Assembly (NCBI GenBank): GCA_043824255.1
Contig: JBDRTG010000047.1
Coordinates: 96,001 to 160,000, forward strand
Length of the DNA stretch: 64,000 nt
Direction: 5' to 3'
Source of the DNA: a bacterium
Lineage (GTDB): Bacteria; JAHJDO01
Positions 29,371-39,735 of this stretch are shown piece by piece. The position numbers and the translations under genes are program-made. The notes below the pieces were generated by a model, which saw only the letters and a list, made by a program, of their open reading frames with translations, was not told the DNA's origin and did not search any database. The first letter of the stretch is position 1, and each line of letters opens with the position of its first letter.

Positions 29371-29631
29371 ATGGCACATAAAAAGGGACTGGGAAGTTCG
29401 AGGAATGGGAGAGATAGCGCGGGTAAGAGACTTGGCATAAAGTGTTCTGGTGGACAGACTGTAAAAGCTGGTAGTATTATTGTTCGTCAGCGCGGAACAA
29501 AATTCTCTCCAGGAAGAAACGTTGGTTGTGGAAGGGATTGGACGTTGTTTTCTAAAATAAGCGGCGTAGTCTGTTTTGAAAATATCAGCTCCAGAAAATG
29601 TGTAAGTGTTTATGAGCCAAATGTAAAATGA
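29371..29631 (+). CDS. rpmA: 50S ribosomal protein L27
   Basis: [26 protein letters not shown]. Confidence 0.97.
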   Translation: MAHKKGLGSSRNGRDSAGKRLGIKCSGGQTVKAGSIIVRQRGTKFSPGRNVGCGRDWTLFSKISGVVCFENISSRKCVSVYEPNVK

Positions 29632-30761
29632 AAAACATTGCTGTTCTTGGAGCAACAGGTTCAATTGGCAGAAATACTCTTGAGATTGCAGAATCCTTTC
29701 CTGACAAATTCAAAGTTACAGCCGTATCAGGCAAAGCTAATATCAACCTTTTAGAAAAGCAGATAAACCAATTTCATCCCAAATTTGTTGTAGTAATGGA
29801 CGAGAATACGCAAAATCAACTTTGCGGTCGCATCAAAGATAAAAAGATAAAAATAGAATATGGATATGAAAGTCTCGTCAAAATATCGACACTTGATGAA
29901 GTTGATATTGTAGTATCAGCAATCACGGGTATAACCGGACTAATCCCAACCTTAGAAGCAATAAAAAAAGGCAAGCATATTGCAATTGCAGCTAAGGAAC
30001 TGTTGGTTACTGCAGGAGAAATTATGCTAAAAGAGGTTAGGAAAAATAAAGTGAAATTTCTTCCTGTGGATAGTGAACATAATGCCATTTTTCAGTGCCT
30101 TGAGGGAAAATCAAAGAAGGATATAAAGAGAATCATTCTTACAGCTTCAGGAGGTCCATTTTATAAAGAAAAAAACTTGCATAATATTAGTCCTGAGCAG
30201 GCATTAGCTCACCCCGTATGGGAAATGGGGAGAAAAATCAGCATAGATTCTGCAACACTCATGAATAAGGGCTTGGAAGTCATAGAGGCGCATTGGCTGT
30301 TTGGAATAGATATATCGAAAATTGAGATCATTATACATCCTGAATGTATTATCCATTCCATGGTAGAATTTATTGATGGGTCAGTATTTGCCTTGCTTGG
30401 AATTCCTGATATGAAGATGCCTATTCAGTACGCATTAACGTATCCGGAGCGAATGCCTACACAACTAGAGCCTTTAGACTTAACAAAAATATCCCGGTTT
30501 CATTTTTCAGCTCCAAACTTTGACAAATTCCCTTGTTTGAAACTTGCTTATGAAGCAGGTACAATTGGCGGGACTATGCCTGCTGTTCTTAATAGTGCAA
30601 ACGATGTTGCTGTCAATCTATTTCTCAAGAAAAAAATAAAATTCCCAGATATTCCTCAAATAATAGAAAAGGTTATGAATAAACATAATGTTATTCAAAA
30701 TCCATGCCTTGATGATATCTTTGAATCTGATGCTTGGGCGAGGAAAACATGTTTGCTCTAA
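29628..30761 (+). CDS. dxr: 1-deoxy-D-xylulose 5-phosphate reductoisomerase
   Basis: [31 protein letters not shown]. Confidence 0.97.
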   Translation: MKNIAVLGATGSIGRNTLEIAESFPDKFKVTAVSGKANINLLEKQINQFHPKFVVVMDENTQNQLCGRIKDKKIKIEYGYESLVKISTLDEVDIVVSAITGITGLIPTLEAIKKGKHIAIAAKELLVTAGEIMLKEVRKNKVKFLPVDSEHNAIFQCLEGKSKKDIKRIILTASGGPFYKEKNLHNISPEQALAHPVWEMGRKISIDSATLMNKGLEVIEAHWLFGIDISKIEIIIHPECIIHSMVEFIDGSVFALLGIPDMKMPIQYALTYPERMPTQLEPLDLTKISRFHFSAPNFDKFPCLKLAYEAGTIGGTMPAVLNSANDVAVNLFLKKKIKFPDIPQIIEKVMNKHNVIQNPCLDDIFESDAWARKTCLL

Positions 30762-32119
30762 ATTGGATAATTCATATACTCCCATTTATTGTTGTAATAA
30801 GTATTCTGGTTTTCGTACATGAACTGGGACATTTTCTTGTAGCTAAATGGCTTGGCATTAAAGTGGAAAAATTCTCTCTGGGATTTGGCCCTAAGCTTGT
30901 TGGCTTTAAGAAAGGAGATACGGAATATTTGATCTCTGCTGTGCCTTTGGGAGGATATGTAAAACTTGCAGGAGAATCCAGCGAAGAAAAAACAGGCGCT
31001 GACTGGGAGTTCTATTCTAAGGGGCCTTTTCAGAGAATCCTTGTAATACTTGCAGGCCCTTTTATGAATATACTGCTGGCAATTTTTGTCTTCTCTTGTA
31101 TCTTCTTTACAGGAATAGAACTACCCTATTTTGAGGCTAAAATCGGAGAAATAGCCAAAGATTCGCCTGGTTCCAAAGCTGACCTGAAAGTGGGAGATAC
31201 AATATTGAAAGCCAATGGCAAACAAATCAAAGATTGGAGTAAGTTTAAACATATTATCCTGACTCATCCAAATCATACAATATCTATACTCATTGACAGA
31301 AACGGAGAAAGAAAAAGCATTCAGGTCAAAACAGAGTTCAACAAAGAAAAAGGAGGCGGGTACTTGGGAGTTTCCCCATTCATTCCCCCTGTAATAGGAA
31401 TTGTTGAGCCTGAAAGTCCTGCATACAAAGCCGGTATTAGAAAAGGAGATGTTGTTCTATTTATTAATGGCAAACAAATGTCCTCGTGGAATGATATGGC
31501 AAAGAGTATTCATAACAGTGCAGGAGAGAAAATCTCACTCATAATAATGCGTGAGAAGGAGCAGTTGGAAATAAGTGTTGTGCCTAAACTTAACAAAACA
31601 CTAAACATTGGTCTCATAGGAATAATTCCTGAATTTAAGACAATAACGCGTAAATATGGACCAATCGGTGCATTTGTTCAAGGATGCAATCAAACCGTAA
31701 ACTTGACAGTTCTTACATATAGATCCATATGGATGCTTATAAAGAGGGAAATATCTACTAAAACACTTGGCGGCCCAATAATGATTGCACAGCTTGCAGA
31801 TAAGCAGGCAAAAGAAGGACTTATGAACCTGTTTTACCTGCTTGCTCTGATAAGTGTAAACCTTGCCATACTTAATTTACTTCCGATTCCTGTACTGGAT
31901 GGGGGGCATATACTTTTCTTTCTAATAGAAGCTATAAAAGGCAGTCCGATTAGTGAGAAAGGGCTTGAATGGGCAACAAAATTTGGCATTGCGCTTCTTT
32001 TAACTTTAATGGTATACGTAACATTTAATGATATTATGAGAGTTGCAAAAGATAAAATCAATATCTTCCATGGAAAAAATACCTCACAAAATAATCAATC
32101 CTCCACTCAAACGCCGTAA
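30749..32119 (+). CDS. rseP: RIP metalloprotease RseP with two PDZ domains
   Basis: HELGH, AGP, NLLPIPVLDGG; likely ATG at 30749. Confidence 0.95.
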   Translation: MFALNWIIHILPFIVVISILVFVHELGHFLVAKWLGIKVEKFSLGFGPKLVGFKKGDTEYLISAVPLGGYVKLAGESSEEKTGADWEFYSKGPFQRILVILAGPFMNILLAIFVFSCIFFTGIELPYFEAKIGEIAKDSPGSKADLKVGDTILKANGKQIKDWSKFKHIILTHPNHTISILIDRNGERKSIQVKTEFNKEKGGGYLGVSPFIPPVIGIVEPESPAYKAGIRKGDVVLFINGKQMSSWNDMAKSIHNSAGEKISLIIMREKEQLEISVVPKLNKTLNIGLIGIIPEFKTITRKYGPIGAFVQGCNQTVNLTVLTYRSIWMLIKREISTKTLGGPIMIAQLADKQAKEGLMNLFYLLALISVNLAILNLLPIPVLDGGHILFFLIEAIKGSPISEKGLEWATKFGIALLLTLMVYVTFNDIMRVAKDKINIFHGKNTSQNNQSSTQTP

Positions 32120-33161
32120 AACCAGACCTATTAAAGTTGGAAACATTATAATAGGCGGAGATGCGCTGATATCTGTACAGTCTATGACAAAAACAGATAC
32201 CAGAGATATTGATGCTACAGTTTCTCAAATAAGAAGTCTGGAGAAAACAGGCTGCGAAATTATAAGAGTGGCAGTCCCTGATATCAAAGCAGCAAAATGC
32301 TTGGGAAAAATAAAAAAACAGATTAATATCCCTCTTGTTGCAGATATACATTTTGACTACAAACTTGCATTGGAAGCAATAAAACAGGGTGTTGATAAAT
32401 TAAGACTTAATCCGGGAAACATTTCCAGTCAAAAGCATCTTAGTATGATCATCTCTGCAGCAGCAGAAAAAGGCATACCAATCAGAATAGGTGTAAATGC
32501 AGGCTCGGTTAAGAAAAATTCAAAATTCAAAATTCAAAATTCAAAATTAATGGTAGAAGAGTGTCTTAAGTATCTAAAGATTTTTGAAAAGCATAAATTT
32601 CATAATATTATCATATCACTTAAATCTTCAGACGTACTCTCTACAGTGGAAGCTTACAGGCAAATGGCAAGTAAATGCGATTATCCGTTTCACCTTGGTA
32701 TTACAGAGGCAGGTCCATTGCCTGAAGGGCTTATTAAATCCTCTGTTGGCCTGGGCATACTCCTCTCAGAAGGCATTGGAGATACTATCAGAGTCTCACT
32801 TACCGCACCTCCTGAAGAAGAAGTAAAAGCAGGCTTCCGGATATTACAATCACTAAAACTCAGAGAATATGGTCCGGAGATTATCTCCTGTCCGACCTGC
32901 GGCAGATGTAAAATTGATGTTATAAAAATTGTAACTAAACTAAAAAAACAACTTATCTCTATTAGTTCAACATTGCCACCTATAAAAATTGCTGTCATGG
33001 GCTGCGAAGTAAATGGACCGGGTGAAGCCAAAGAAGCTGATATTGGAATTGCAGGAGGAAAAACCTCAGGAATTCTGTTCTGCAAAGGCAAAATAGTTAA
33101 AAGAGTCAAAAAAGAAAAGCTTGTTCAGGAACTGATAAGTAAAATCAGGAAATTATTGTAA
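32070..33161 (+). CDS. ispG: HMBPP synthase IspG
   Basis: VQSMT, ADIHF, RLNPGN, GDTIRVSL, SCPTCGR, MGCEVNGPGE; start uncertain. Confidence 0.96.
   Translation: MEKIPHKIINPPLKRRKTRPIKVGNIIIGGDALISVQSMTKTDTRDIDATVSQIRSLEKTGCEIIRVAVPDIKAAKCLGKIKKQINIPLVADIHFDYKLALEAIKQGVDKLRLNPGNISSQKHLSMIISAAAEKGIPIRIGVNAGSVKKNSKFKIQNSKLMVEECLKYLKIFEKHKFHNIIISLKSSDVLSTVEAYRQMASKCDYPFHLGITEAGPLPEGLIKSSVGLGILLSEGIGDTIRVSLTAPPEEEVKAGFRILQSLKLREYGPEIISCPTCGRCKIDVIKIVTKLKKQLISISSTLPPIKIAVMGCEVNGPGEAKEADIGIAGGKTSGILFCKGKIVKRVKKEKLVQELISKIRKLL
32515..32549 (+). repeat. Heptamer tandem repeat (AAAATTC)x4 + AAAATTA inside ispG
   Basis: Read directly from the sequence. Confidence 0.9.
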
Positions 33162-33221
33162 GAGAAGCATCCCCAAAAATCACACATCAAATTATTGCGC
33201 AATCAATTCGGAGAATGACGA

Positions 33222-34787
33222 ATGAGGTCACTTCAGGATTTAGACAATTATCTAAGAAAATTTGCGTTGCATTCCGCTTTAATAGAAATCGGCAAAATTA
33301 GCACACATCTTTTTGGTGATAAAAAAGTTCTTGAAAATTTTCCAATCAAAATAGGGAATACAGAAGAACACGCGACCATTGCTCAGTGGCATCTTGCCTT
33401 TTTGGCATATAGGCTTGTTATGGTATCAAATGATGGAAGAAGTAGCCGACTCAATTCTAAGGAATTATTATCGGCAAACTCGATATTTGCTGAATTCGAC
33501 GATCCACTTGGTAAAGAAAAAGATATTGTTGCATTTCTTTGCAGATTATCACAAGAACAATTTTGGTGGCAAGTAAATCGAAAATACAGTTTTGCTCGTA
33601 ATTATATTTTACTGAAAGAAATCCCCAGAGATGACACTTTTAAAAATAGAATTAAATTGGATGAAGTTTTTCTTAAGGAATATGGTTTGTCTATTTACGA
33701 TTACACGGCGATCGGTTGGGCAATAGTTACCATTTGCCGTAAAAACCCTTTCTTTAAAAAGAACAACTTACTATGTCATAGCATACCAGCCTACAAAGAT
33801 ATACTTACTGAAAATAAATTAGATAAATTCCTAGCATTAACCTCAGCAACTTATGCTGACATCAGAGCTACTTCTAGGTCATTAAATACTTTAATTCTTC
33901 CACATTACGAAAAATATCAATTCAACCCTTTATTTAAATATCCTATTGTAGAGTCGGATAGTAGATTTTTAAGGTCGTATTTTCAAGAACCTTACATAGT
34001 ACCCAATATATTACTGTTTTTAAAAAAAATTGCAGATGGAGTTTATTGGGATTTAAGAGATATATTTAAGGAAAAAGAGTCTCGAGAATTTCTTAGATTA
34101 TTTGGGGATATTTTTGAGTGTTATGTGGGGAAAATACTTGCAAATTATTTTGGCCAATCTAATGTAAAAAAACTACCACAGAATATAGGGGAAAAAATTA
34201 AAATTGCGGATTGGGCTGTTATAACTGATGATAGTATTACAATTTTTGAATGTAAGAGTCAATTATTGCCTCTTATTATCAGAGAGACCTTTAACGAACA
34301 TAAATTAAGGGAATGGTTAAATCGAAATATCATCTCAGGAATAGAACAGTTGTTTTCGACTGAAGAACAATTGCTCAAAGGAGACTCTCTGGGAATTAAG
34401 ATAGCTAATAAAAAGATATATAAAATTTTAATTACATATGAAAATATTTATCTTATTGAATCTCCTATGTTTAAAGATAGGATAAAAAAATATGTGAAAG
34501 ATAAAGGAATATTTGAACAATATTCACATAATTCTTCAGATTTCTATATTATGCATATATCCGAATTAGAATTTATGCAAAATTTTCTTAAAAAATTTAC
34601 AATTAAGAATATTTTAGAGGAGAAAAAGCATATTGATACTAAAAGAGATATAGCATCGGGTCATGACTTTTTTACTGTTTGCCATAACTTAGATTCAAAT
34701 ATTAAACCCAGCAATGATTGGTTGCATAATACTTTTAAAAAATATTTTGATAAATTTAATCTTAAAACAGAAGGTAAAAAGAGATAG
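33222..34787 (+). CDS. Hypothetical protein with C-terminal PD-(D/E)xK-like nuclease motif
   Basis: 521-aa ORF, AT-rich; GDIFECYV...IADWAVITDDSITIFECKS...GIEQL. Confidence 0.6.
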   Translation: MRSLQDLDNYLRKFALHSALIEIGKISTHLFGDKKVLENFPIKIGNTEEHATIAQWHLAFLAYRLVMVSNDGRSSRLNSKELLSANSIFAEFDDPLGKEKDIVAFLCRLSQEQFWWQVNRKYSFARNYILLKEIPRDDTFKNRIKLDEVFLKEYGLSIYDYTAIGWAIVTICRKNPFFKKNNLLCHSIPAYKDILTENKLDKFLALTSATYADIRATSRSLNTLILPHYEKYQFNPLFKYPIVESDSRFLRSYFQEPYIVPNILLFLKKIADGVYWDLRDIFKEKESREFLRLFGDIFECYVGKILANYFGQSNVKKLPQNIGEKIKIADWAVITDDSITIFECKSQLLPLIIRETFNEHKLREWLNRNIISGIEQLFSTEEQLLKGDSLGIKIANKKIYKILITYENIYLIESPMFKDRIKKYVKDKGIFEQYSHNSSDFYIMHISELEFMQNFLKKFTIKNILEEKKHIDTKRDIASGHDFFTVCHNLDSNIKPSNDWLHNTFKKYFDKFNLKTEGKKR

Positions 34788-34824
34788 CGACCTTTTCTTA
34801 AAAATCATGCTCTCACCAAATCTA

Positions 34825-34852
34825 CAATAACCACCAGCTAAAGCAGGCGGTT
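34825..34852. mobile_element. IS200/IS605-like terminal hairpin remnant
   Basis: CAATAACCACCAGCTAAAGCAGGCGGTT, an imperfect stem around GCTAAAGC; supplies the stop codon of the MFS gene. Confidence 0.5.
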
Positions 34853-36130
34853 GCGACGGAGGGGACACAAAACTGATATAAGGGCTAAAAATCGCGAAAA
34901 AGAATCGGGTAAAAGCAAAACTATATAAATTGTTGCTATAATAGTTAATCCACCGAGAAACCCAAATGCTCCGGCAGGAGATAATCCAATCACTTCAAGA
35001 ATTAACCACAACATTCCTGAAGCTGCTAAAATACCCGTGAAGGACAGGAAATTAGTTGTAGCCAGAAACTTACCTCTTGAATCTTTCGGGCTGTTTTCCT
35101 GAATATACGCATTGAGCGGAATAACAAAAAAACCGCTGGAGATACCAAGAAAAATAAGACAAATAACTGTGAATGGAATAGATGTATATGAAAATGCAAG
35201 AAGTATTGAAAAAATGCTTAATCCAACTGAACCCAATGGTACAAATCCAAACTCAATCCTTCCTCTTGAGAGCTTTCCAGCAAGAAAACTGCCTATGCCC
35301 ACGCCAAGAGCAACTACAGTGAGCAATAATCCTGTTGCAAGCTGTGAAACATGCATCATCTTACTGGTATATAAGAGGATATTTAATTGAAATAAAGCTC
35401 CTAGAAACCAGAAATAGACTATGCCTGTCATAGAAAGATACATCGGGCGTTTTTCCTTTACAATCTTTATTGTGGACCAGATATCGCTAAGAAAATTTAT
35501 TTGGAATTTTCGTTTTGAGCCAGATGGAAGAACCTTATGAATGTAAAAACTTGTTATTATTCCCAGTAATGAGATTATAATGAATGCAATTGACCCAAGA
35601 TATGCTTTTCCTTTAACTGCTGTCATCAAAAATCCTCCGAATGCCATGCCGAGAATTATTGCCAGAAATGTCCACATCTGCATAAGCCCATTCCCTTCGG
35701 AGATTTCCTCCTCAGTAAGAACTTCCGGAAGAATTCCATATTTTGCAGGGCCGAAGAAAGCACTCTGTGTTCCCATCAGGAAAAGTACTGCATAAATAAA
35801 AGTAAAGTTTCCTGAGAACAGCGCAATCATGCCCAGAGCCATAATGGCAAGCTCTGCAAATTTGGCATAAATCATAATGGTTCGTTTACTAACCCGGTCA
35901 GCAAAAAAGCCGGCATAGGAAGAGAAAAGCAGAAACGGCAGGATGAAAAATGCACTTGCTGCGCTTAGATACTCAGCTCCTGCAGCGCTCTTTATCATAT
36001 GCTCTACTGCAATAAAGGATATTATCAGCTTAAATGCATTATCATTAAATGCACCCAGAAATTGTGTTGCAAGAAGAGCCCTAAATCCCCTGCTTTTCAG
36101 GTTATTATTCATAATTATAGAAAGTCTCAT
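34838..36130 (-). CDS. LplT/Aas-type MFS lysophospholipid transporter, probably C-terminally truncated
   Basis: TQFLGAFNDN, ADRVSK, QSAFFGPAKYGILPE, IEFGFVPLG. Confidence 0.8.
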   Translation of the reverse strand: MRLSIIMNNNLKSRGFRALLATQFLGAFNDNAFKLIISFIAVEHMIKSAAGAEYLSAASAFFILPFLLFSSYAGFFADRVSKRTIMIYAKFAELAIMALGMIALFSGNFTFIYAVLFLMGTQSAFFGPAKYGILPEVLTEEEISEGNGLMQMWTFLAIILGMAFGGFLMTAVKGKAYLGSIAFIIISLLGIITSFYIHKVLPSGSKRKFQINFLSDIWSTIKIVKEKRPMYLSMTGIVYFWFLGALFQLNILLYTSKMMHVSQLATGLLLTVVALGVGIGSFLAGKLSRGRIEFGFVPLGSVGLSIFSILLAFSYTSIPFTVICLIFLGISSGFFVIPLNAYIQENSPKDSRGKFLATTNFLSFTGILAASGMLWLILEVIGLSPAGAFGFLGGLTIIATIYIVLLLPDSFSRFLALISVLCPLRRNRLL

Positions 36131-36144
36131 TTTGATGGAGAAAC

Positions 36145-37863
36145 TTAAACTTTATCGCTTCTTGATACTATTTTTTCTACTTCTTTCCGCTTTATCTTCT
36201 GTGTTGATGTTTTGGGGAGTTCTTTTTCTGAGATCAGGAAATTTGTGATTTTTTTGTATGGAGCAAGGAGTTTGCAATGTTTGTTTATCTCTTCTCTAAT
36301 AAAAGACTGAATATCTTCCTTTAATGCTAACCCATCCTTCTTAATTCTTTCAAGATTTGGAACTACAATTGCAAATACCTCTTCAGTTCCCGCCTTTATA
36401 CCACTGGCAACTTTTTTCCCTAATACACATATTTCCTCTATATAAGGACTCTTTGAGAGAACTTCCTCAACTTCTTCAGGGTGGATTTTCTTCCCTCCAT
36501 CAGTAATAATTATATTCTTAAGCCGACCAGTTATATAAAGATAGCCATCTTCATCAGTATATCCTATATCTCCTGTATGGAACCAGCCATTAGAGAAAGC
36601 CTTATCTGTTGCCTGTGGATTTTTATAATATCCATTCATAACCTGTGGACCTCTTATTAAAATTTCGCCTGTTTTGTCTTCAGGATTCTGAGAAGCAATC
36701 TTTATCTCCGTCCCCGGCAAAGGCTTTCCTACAGAACCTATGCGATTATGTTTGAATGTATTTACTGTTACAACAGGAGAGGTCTCTGTAAGTCCATAAC
36801 CTTCCAGCACTGTAATACCCATTAAATTCAAATTACGGGTAATTTCAGCATCAAGTGGTGCGCCCCCTGATATAAAACACCTTAACTCCCCTCCAAACTC
36901 CTTATGAACTTTTTTAAAAAGAATTTTACCGGGATTAATACCAAGTTTACCAAATCTAGAAGAAATATTCAGACTCATATTAAACAGCTTTCTTGTATAA
37001 TTGGAGCTTGTGTTTAATTTTGATAATATTGAATGATATAAAAATTTGATAAATTTTGGGACTGCAAGTATTATTGTCGGCTGTGTTTTTCGCATCACAG
37101 CGGAAATAGAAGAAAGTTTTATCCCTTTTGACATATATGTAATTCTTGCGCCTTTTGAAAGAGGAGTAATAAATCCCCCCGTTATTTCAAACATATGATT
37201 AAGAGGAAGTATTGATAAGAATCTATCCTTTTCTGAGAAACTGATTACCTTGCTAATTGCATCTATCTGATGAAGAATGTTATTGTATGTCAGCTTAACA
37301 CCCTTTGGATCCCCTGTTGTGCCCGAAGTATAGACAATTGAGATTAAATCCTCATTATCAATGTCCCTATGGTATGGTTCATTTTTTCTCCACCTGAGCT
37401 CTCCAAAAGACAGAAGGTTTTCATCTGTCTTTTCATATTCAAGCGATATAAGAAAAATGTCCTTGCCAAAACCTGATATTATGCTTTTTATTTTTTCTAT
37501 ATACTTGCCTGAGACTATAATAGCTCTGGCTTCAGAATGAGCAAGTATAAAACTTATTTCTTTTTCTTCTAACTTTATATCCAGAGGAACAACAACAGCT
37601 CCTGCAGCCACTATTCCAAAAAATGCAATCCCCCATTCAGGTCTGCTTTCAGAAAATATACAGACTCTATCTCCTTTTTCTATGCCATTCTTCATCAGTG
37701 TTGCTGAAATATCTCTGGTTCTATCAGTAAGTTCACAGTAGGTTACCATTCTCATTCTGCCATCTTTTTCGAAAATCTCCAGAGCAACTTTGTCTGAATA
37801 CAGATCATTAGCCTTCTGTAAAATCTGAAGCACTGATAATTTATTAAAGTATTTTCCCTGCAT
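36145..37863 (-). CDS. Long-chain acyl-CoA/acyl-ACP synthetase (AMP-forming)
   Basis: YTSGTTGDPKG, EGYGLTETSP, WFHTGDIG, GRLKN; likely ATG at 37863. Confidence 0.92.
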   Translation of the reverse strand: MQGKYFNKLSVLQILQKANDLYSDKVALEIFEKDGRMRMVTYCELTDRTRDISATLMKNGIEKGDRVCIFSESRPEWGIAFFGIVAAGAVVVPLDIKLEEKEISFILAHSEARAIIVSGKYIEKIKSIISGFGKDIFLISLEYEKTDENLLSFGELRWRKNEPYHRDIDNEDLISIVYTSGTTGDPKGVKLTYNNILHQIDAISKVISFSEKDRFLSILPLNHMFEITGGFITPLSKGARITYMSKGIKLSSISAVMRKTQPTIILAVPKFIKFLYHSILSKLNTSSNYTRKLFNMSLNISSRFGKLGINPGKILFKKVHKEFGGELRCFISGGAPLDAEITRNLNLMGITVLEGYGLTETSPVVTVNTFKHNRIGSVGKPLPGTEIKIASQNPEDKTGEILIRGPQVMNGYYKNPQATDKAFSNGWFHTGDIGYTDEDGYLYITGRLKNIIITDGGKKIHPEEVEEVLSKSPYIEEICVLGKKVASGIKAGTEEVFAIVVPNLERIKKDGLALKEDIQSFIREEINKHCKLLAPYKKITNFLISEKELPKTSTQKIKRKEVEKIVSRSDKV

Positions 37864-37988
37864 ATTGATAACCTCTTTCAATTTTTAATTATACCATAAA
37901 TGGTTCAAAGTTTTGTGTAAATTCATTCTACTTTACAACCCAGCATAGATAAATTATAATCCATAGCAGTAAAAAGGTATAAAATATT

Positions 37989-39704
37989 ATGCAATGGACT
38001 GAGTCTCTTATAAATACTCTGTGGCAGGTACCATCTGAGGCAGAAATTTCGTCTCATAAATTAATGCTTCGTGCCGGGCTTATCAAAAAGCTCGCTGCAG
38101 GCATATACATCTTTATGCCTCTAGGACTTAAAGTATTACGCAAAATAGAAAATATCGTTCGAGAAGAAATGGACACCTCTGGAGCTTTAGAACTTTTGAT
38201 GCCAACTCTTCAACCTGAGCAACTATGGCAGGAAAGTGGAAGATGGAATAAGATGGGTAAGGAGATGATGAAGGTTCAAGACCGCCACAAGAGACAATTT
38301 GGTCTTGGCCCAACACATGAAGAGATTGTAACAGATATTATTCGCAAAGAAGTTAAATCATACAGACAGCTACCTGTCACACTCTATCAGATTCAAACAA
38401 AGTTCAGAGATGAAATAAGACCGCGATTTGGAGTTATCAGAGCCAGAGAATTTACTATGAAAGATGCATATAGCTTTGATAGAGATATTGAGGGATTAAA
38501 TAAAAACTATAAGAAAATGTATGATGTTTATTGCAAAATATTTGACAGATGCGCATTGAAATATCAAATTGTTGAAGCGGAATCTGGCATTATGGGAGGG
38601 GATGTGTCTCATGAATTTATGGCTTTAGCTGATTCAGGAGAAGATACAATTGTTCTATGTCCGTCCTGTGGATATAGTGCAAGTATGGAAAAAGCAGAAG
38701 CTGTAAATATAAAGCAGAAGATAGTAGACAAACAAAAGGAGAAGCCAATAAAAGAAATTGATACACCAGAAGTCAAGACAATAAAGCAATTAACTGAACT
38801 TCTAAAGATTAGCCCAAAGAACCTGGTAAAAACTTTAATATACAAAACTAATAACCAACTTATAGCTGTGCTTATTCGCGGAGATCATGAAGTAAATATA
38901 ACAAAATTGCTTAAGCTTATTAAATGCGAAGAACTTGAACTTGCAGATTCTGATATTGTTGAGAGAATAACAGGCGCTCCTGTTGGTTTTACGGGACCAG
39001 TTGGGATGAAGGGAAAGATTAAAATTGTAGCAGATAATGAGGTTTTGAATATGAGAAACTTTATTACAGGAGCAAATAAAAAGGATACACACCTGTTGAA
39101 TGTGAATATTGGACGAGACTTTAAGATTGATATATCAGGAGATATCAGGTTTATTACAGAAAGTGACCAATGCCCAAAATGTAGTGGTCATATAAAAATC
39201 AAAAAAGGAATAGAACTCGGGCATATATTTAAACTTGGAACTAAATACAGCAAATCTATGGGAGCAGGATTTCTCGATAAACACGGTAAGGAAAAGACAA
39301 TTCTAATGGGTTGTTATGGAATTGGAATATCCAGAATTATTGCAGCAGTTATAGAACAAAATAACGATGAAAATGGAATAATATGGCCAAAATCAATAGC
39401 TCCACATCAAGTAGAAATTTTGCCTTTAAATGTTAATGACAAGGAGACAATGCAGATAGCAAAAAATTTATATAAAAAATTTCTATCAGAGAAAATAGAA
39501 GCTATTATTGATGATAGGGATGAACGGCCAGGAATAAAATTCAAGGATGCAGATTTAATCGGGATACCAATCAGAATTACAATTAGTCCCCAAAAAGCAA
39601 AAGACAATATTGTGGAAATCCATAAAAGAGATACAGGTGAAAATAAACTGGTGAATATAGATGATCTGTTAGAGAATTTGACAAACGTCCAAAGTCTTGT
39701 ATAA
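37989..39704 (+). CDS. proS: Prolyl-tRNA synthetase with INS editing domain
   Basis: LGPTHEE, FRDEIRPRFG, MGCYGIG; promoter TTTACA-N17-TATAAT at 37932-37960. Confidence 0.98.
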   Translation: MQWTESLINTLWQVPSEAEISSHKLMLRAGLIKKLAAGIYIFMPLGLKVLRKIENIVREEMDTSGALELLMPTLQPEQLWQESGRWNKMGKEMMKVQDRHKRQFGLGPTHEEIVTDIIRKEVKSYRQLPVTLYQIQTKFRDEIRPRFGVIRAREFTMKDAYSFDRDIEGLNKNYKKMYDVYCKIFDRCALKYQIVEAESGIMGGDVSHEFMALADSGEDTIVLCPSCGYSASMEKAEAVNIKQKIVDKQKEKPIKEIDTPEVKTIKQLTELLKISPKNLVKTLIYKTNNQLIAVLIRGDHEVNITKLLKLIKCEELELADSDIVERITGAPVGFTGPVGMKGKIKIVADNEVLNMRNFITGANKKDTHLLNVNIGRDFKIDISGDIRFITESDQCPKCSGHIKIKKGIELGHIFKLGTKYSKSMGAGFLDKHGKEKTILMGCYGIGISRIIAAVIEQNNDENGIIWPKSIAPHQVEILPLNVNDKETMQIAKNLYKKFLSEKIEAIIDDRDERPGIKFKDADLIGIPIRITISPQKAKDNIVEIHKRDTGENKLVNIDDLLENLTNVQSLV

Positions 39705-39705
39705 T
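39678..39705 (+). promoter_or_regulatory. Consensus sigma70 promoter for the PilZ gene, inside the proS 3' end
   Basis: TTGACA-N16-TATAAT. Confidence 0.7.
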
Positions 39706-39735
39706 TAAAAAGGGTAAAAGAGGAGTAATTTCAGT

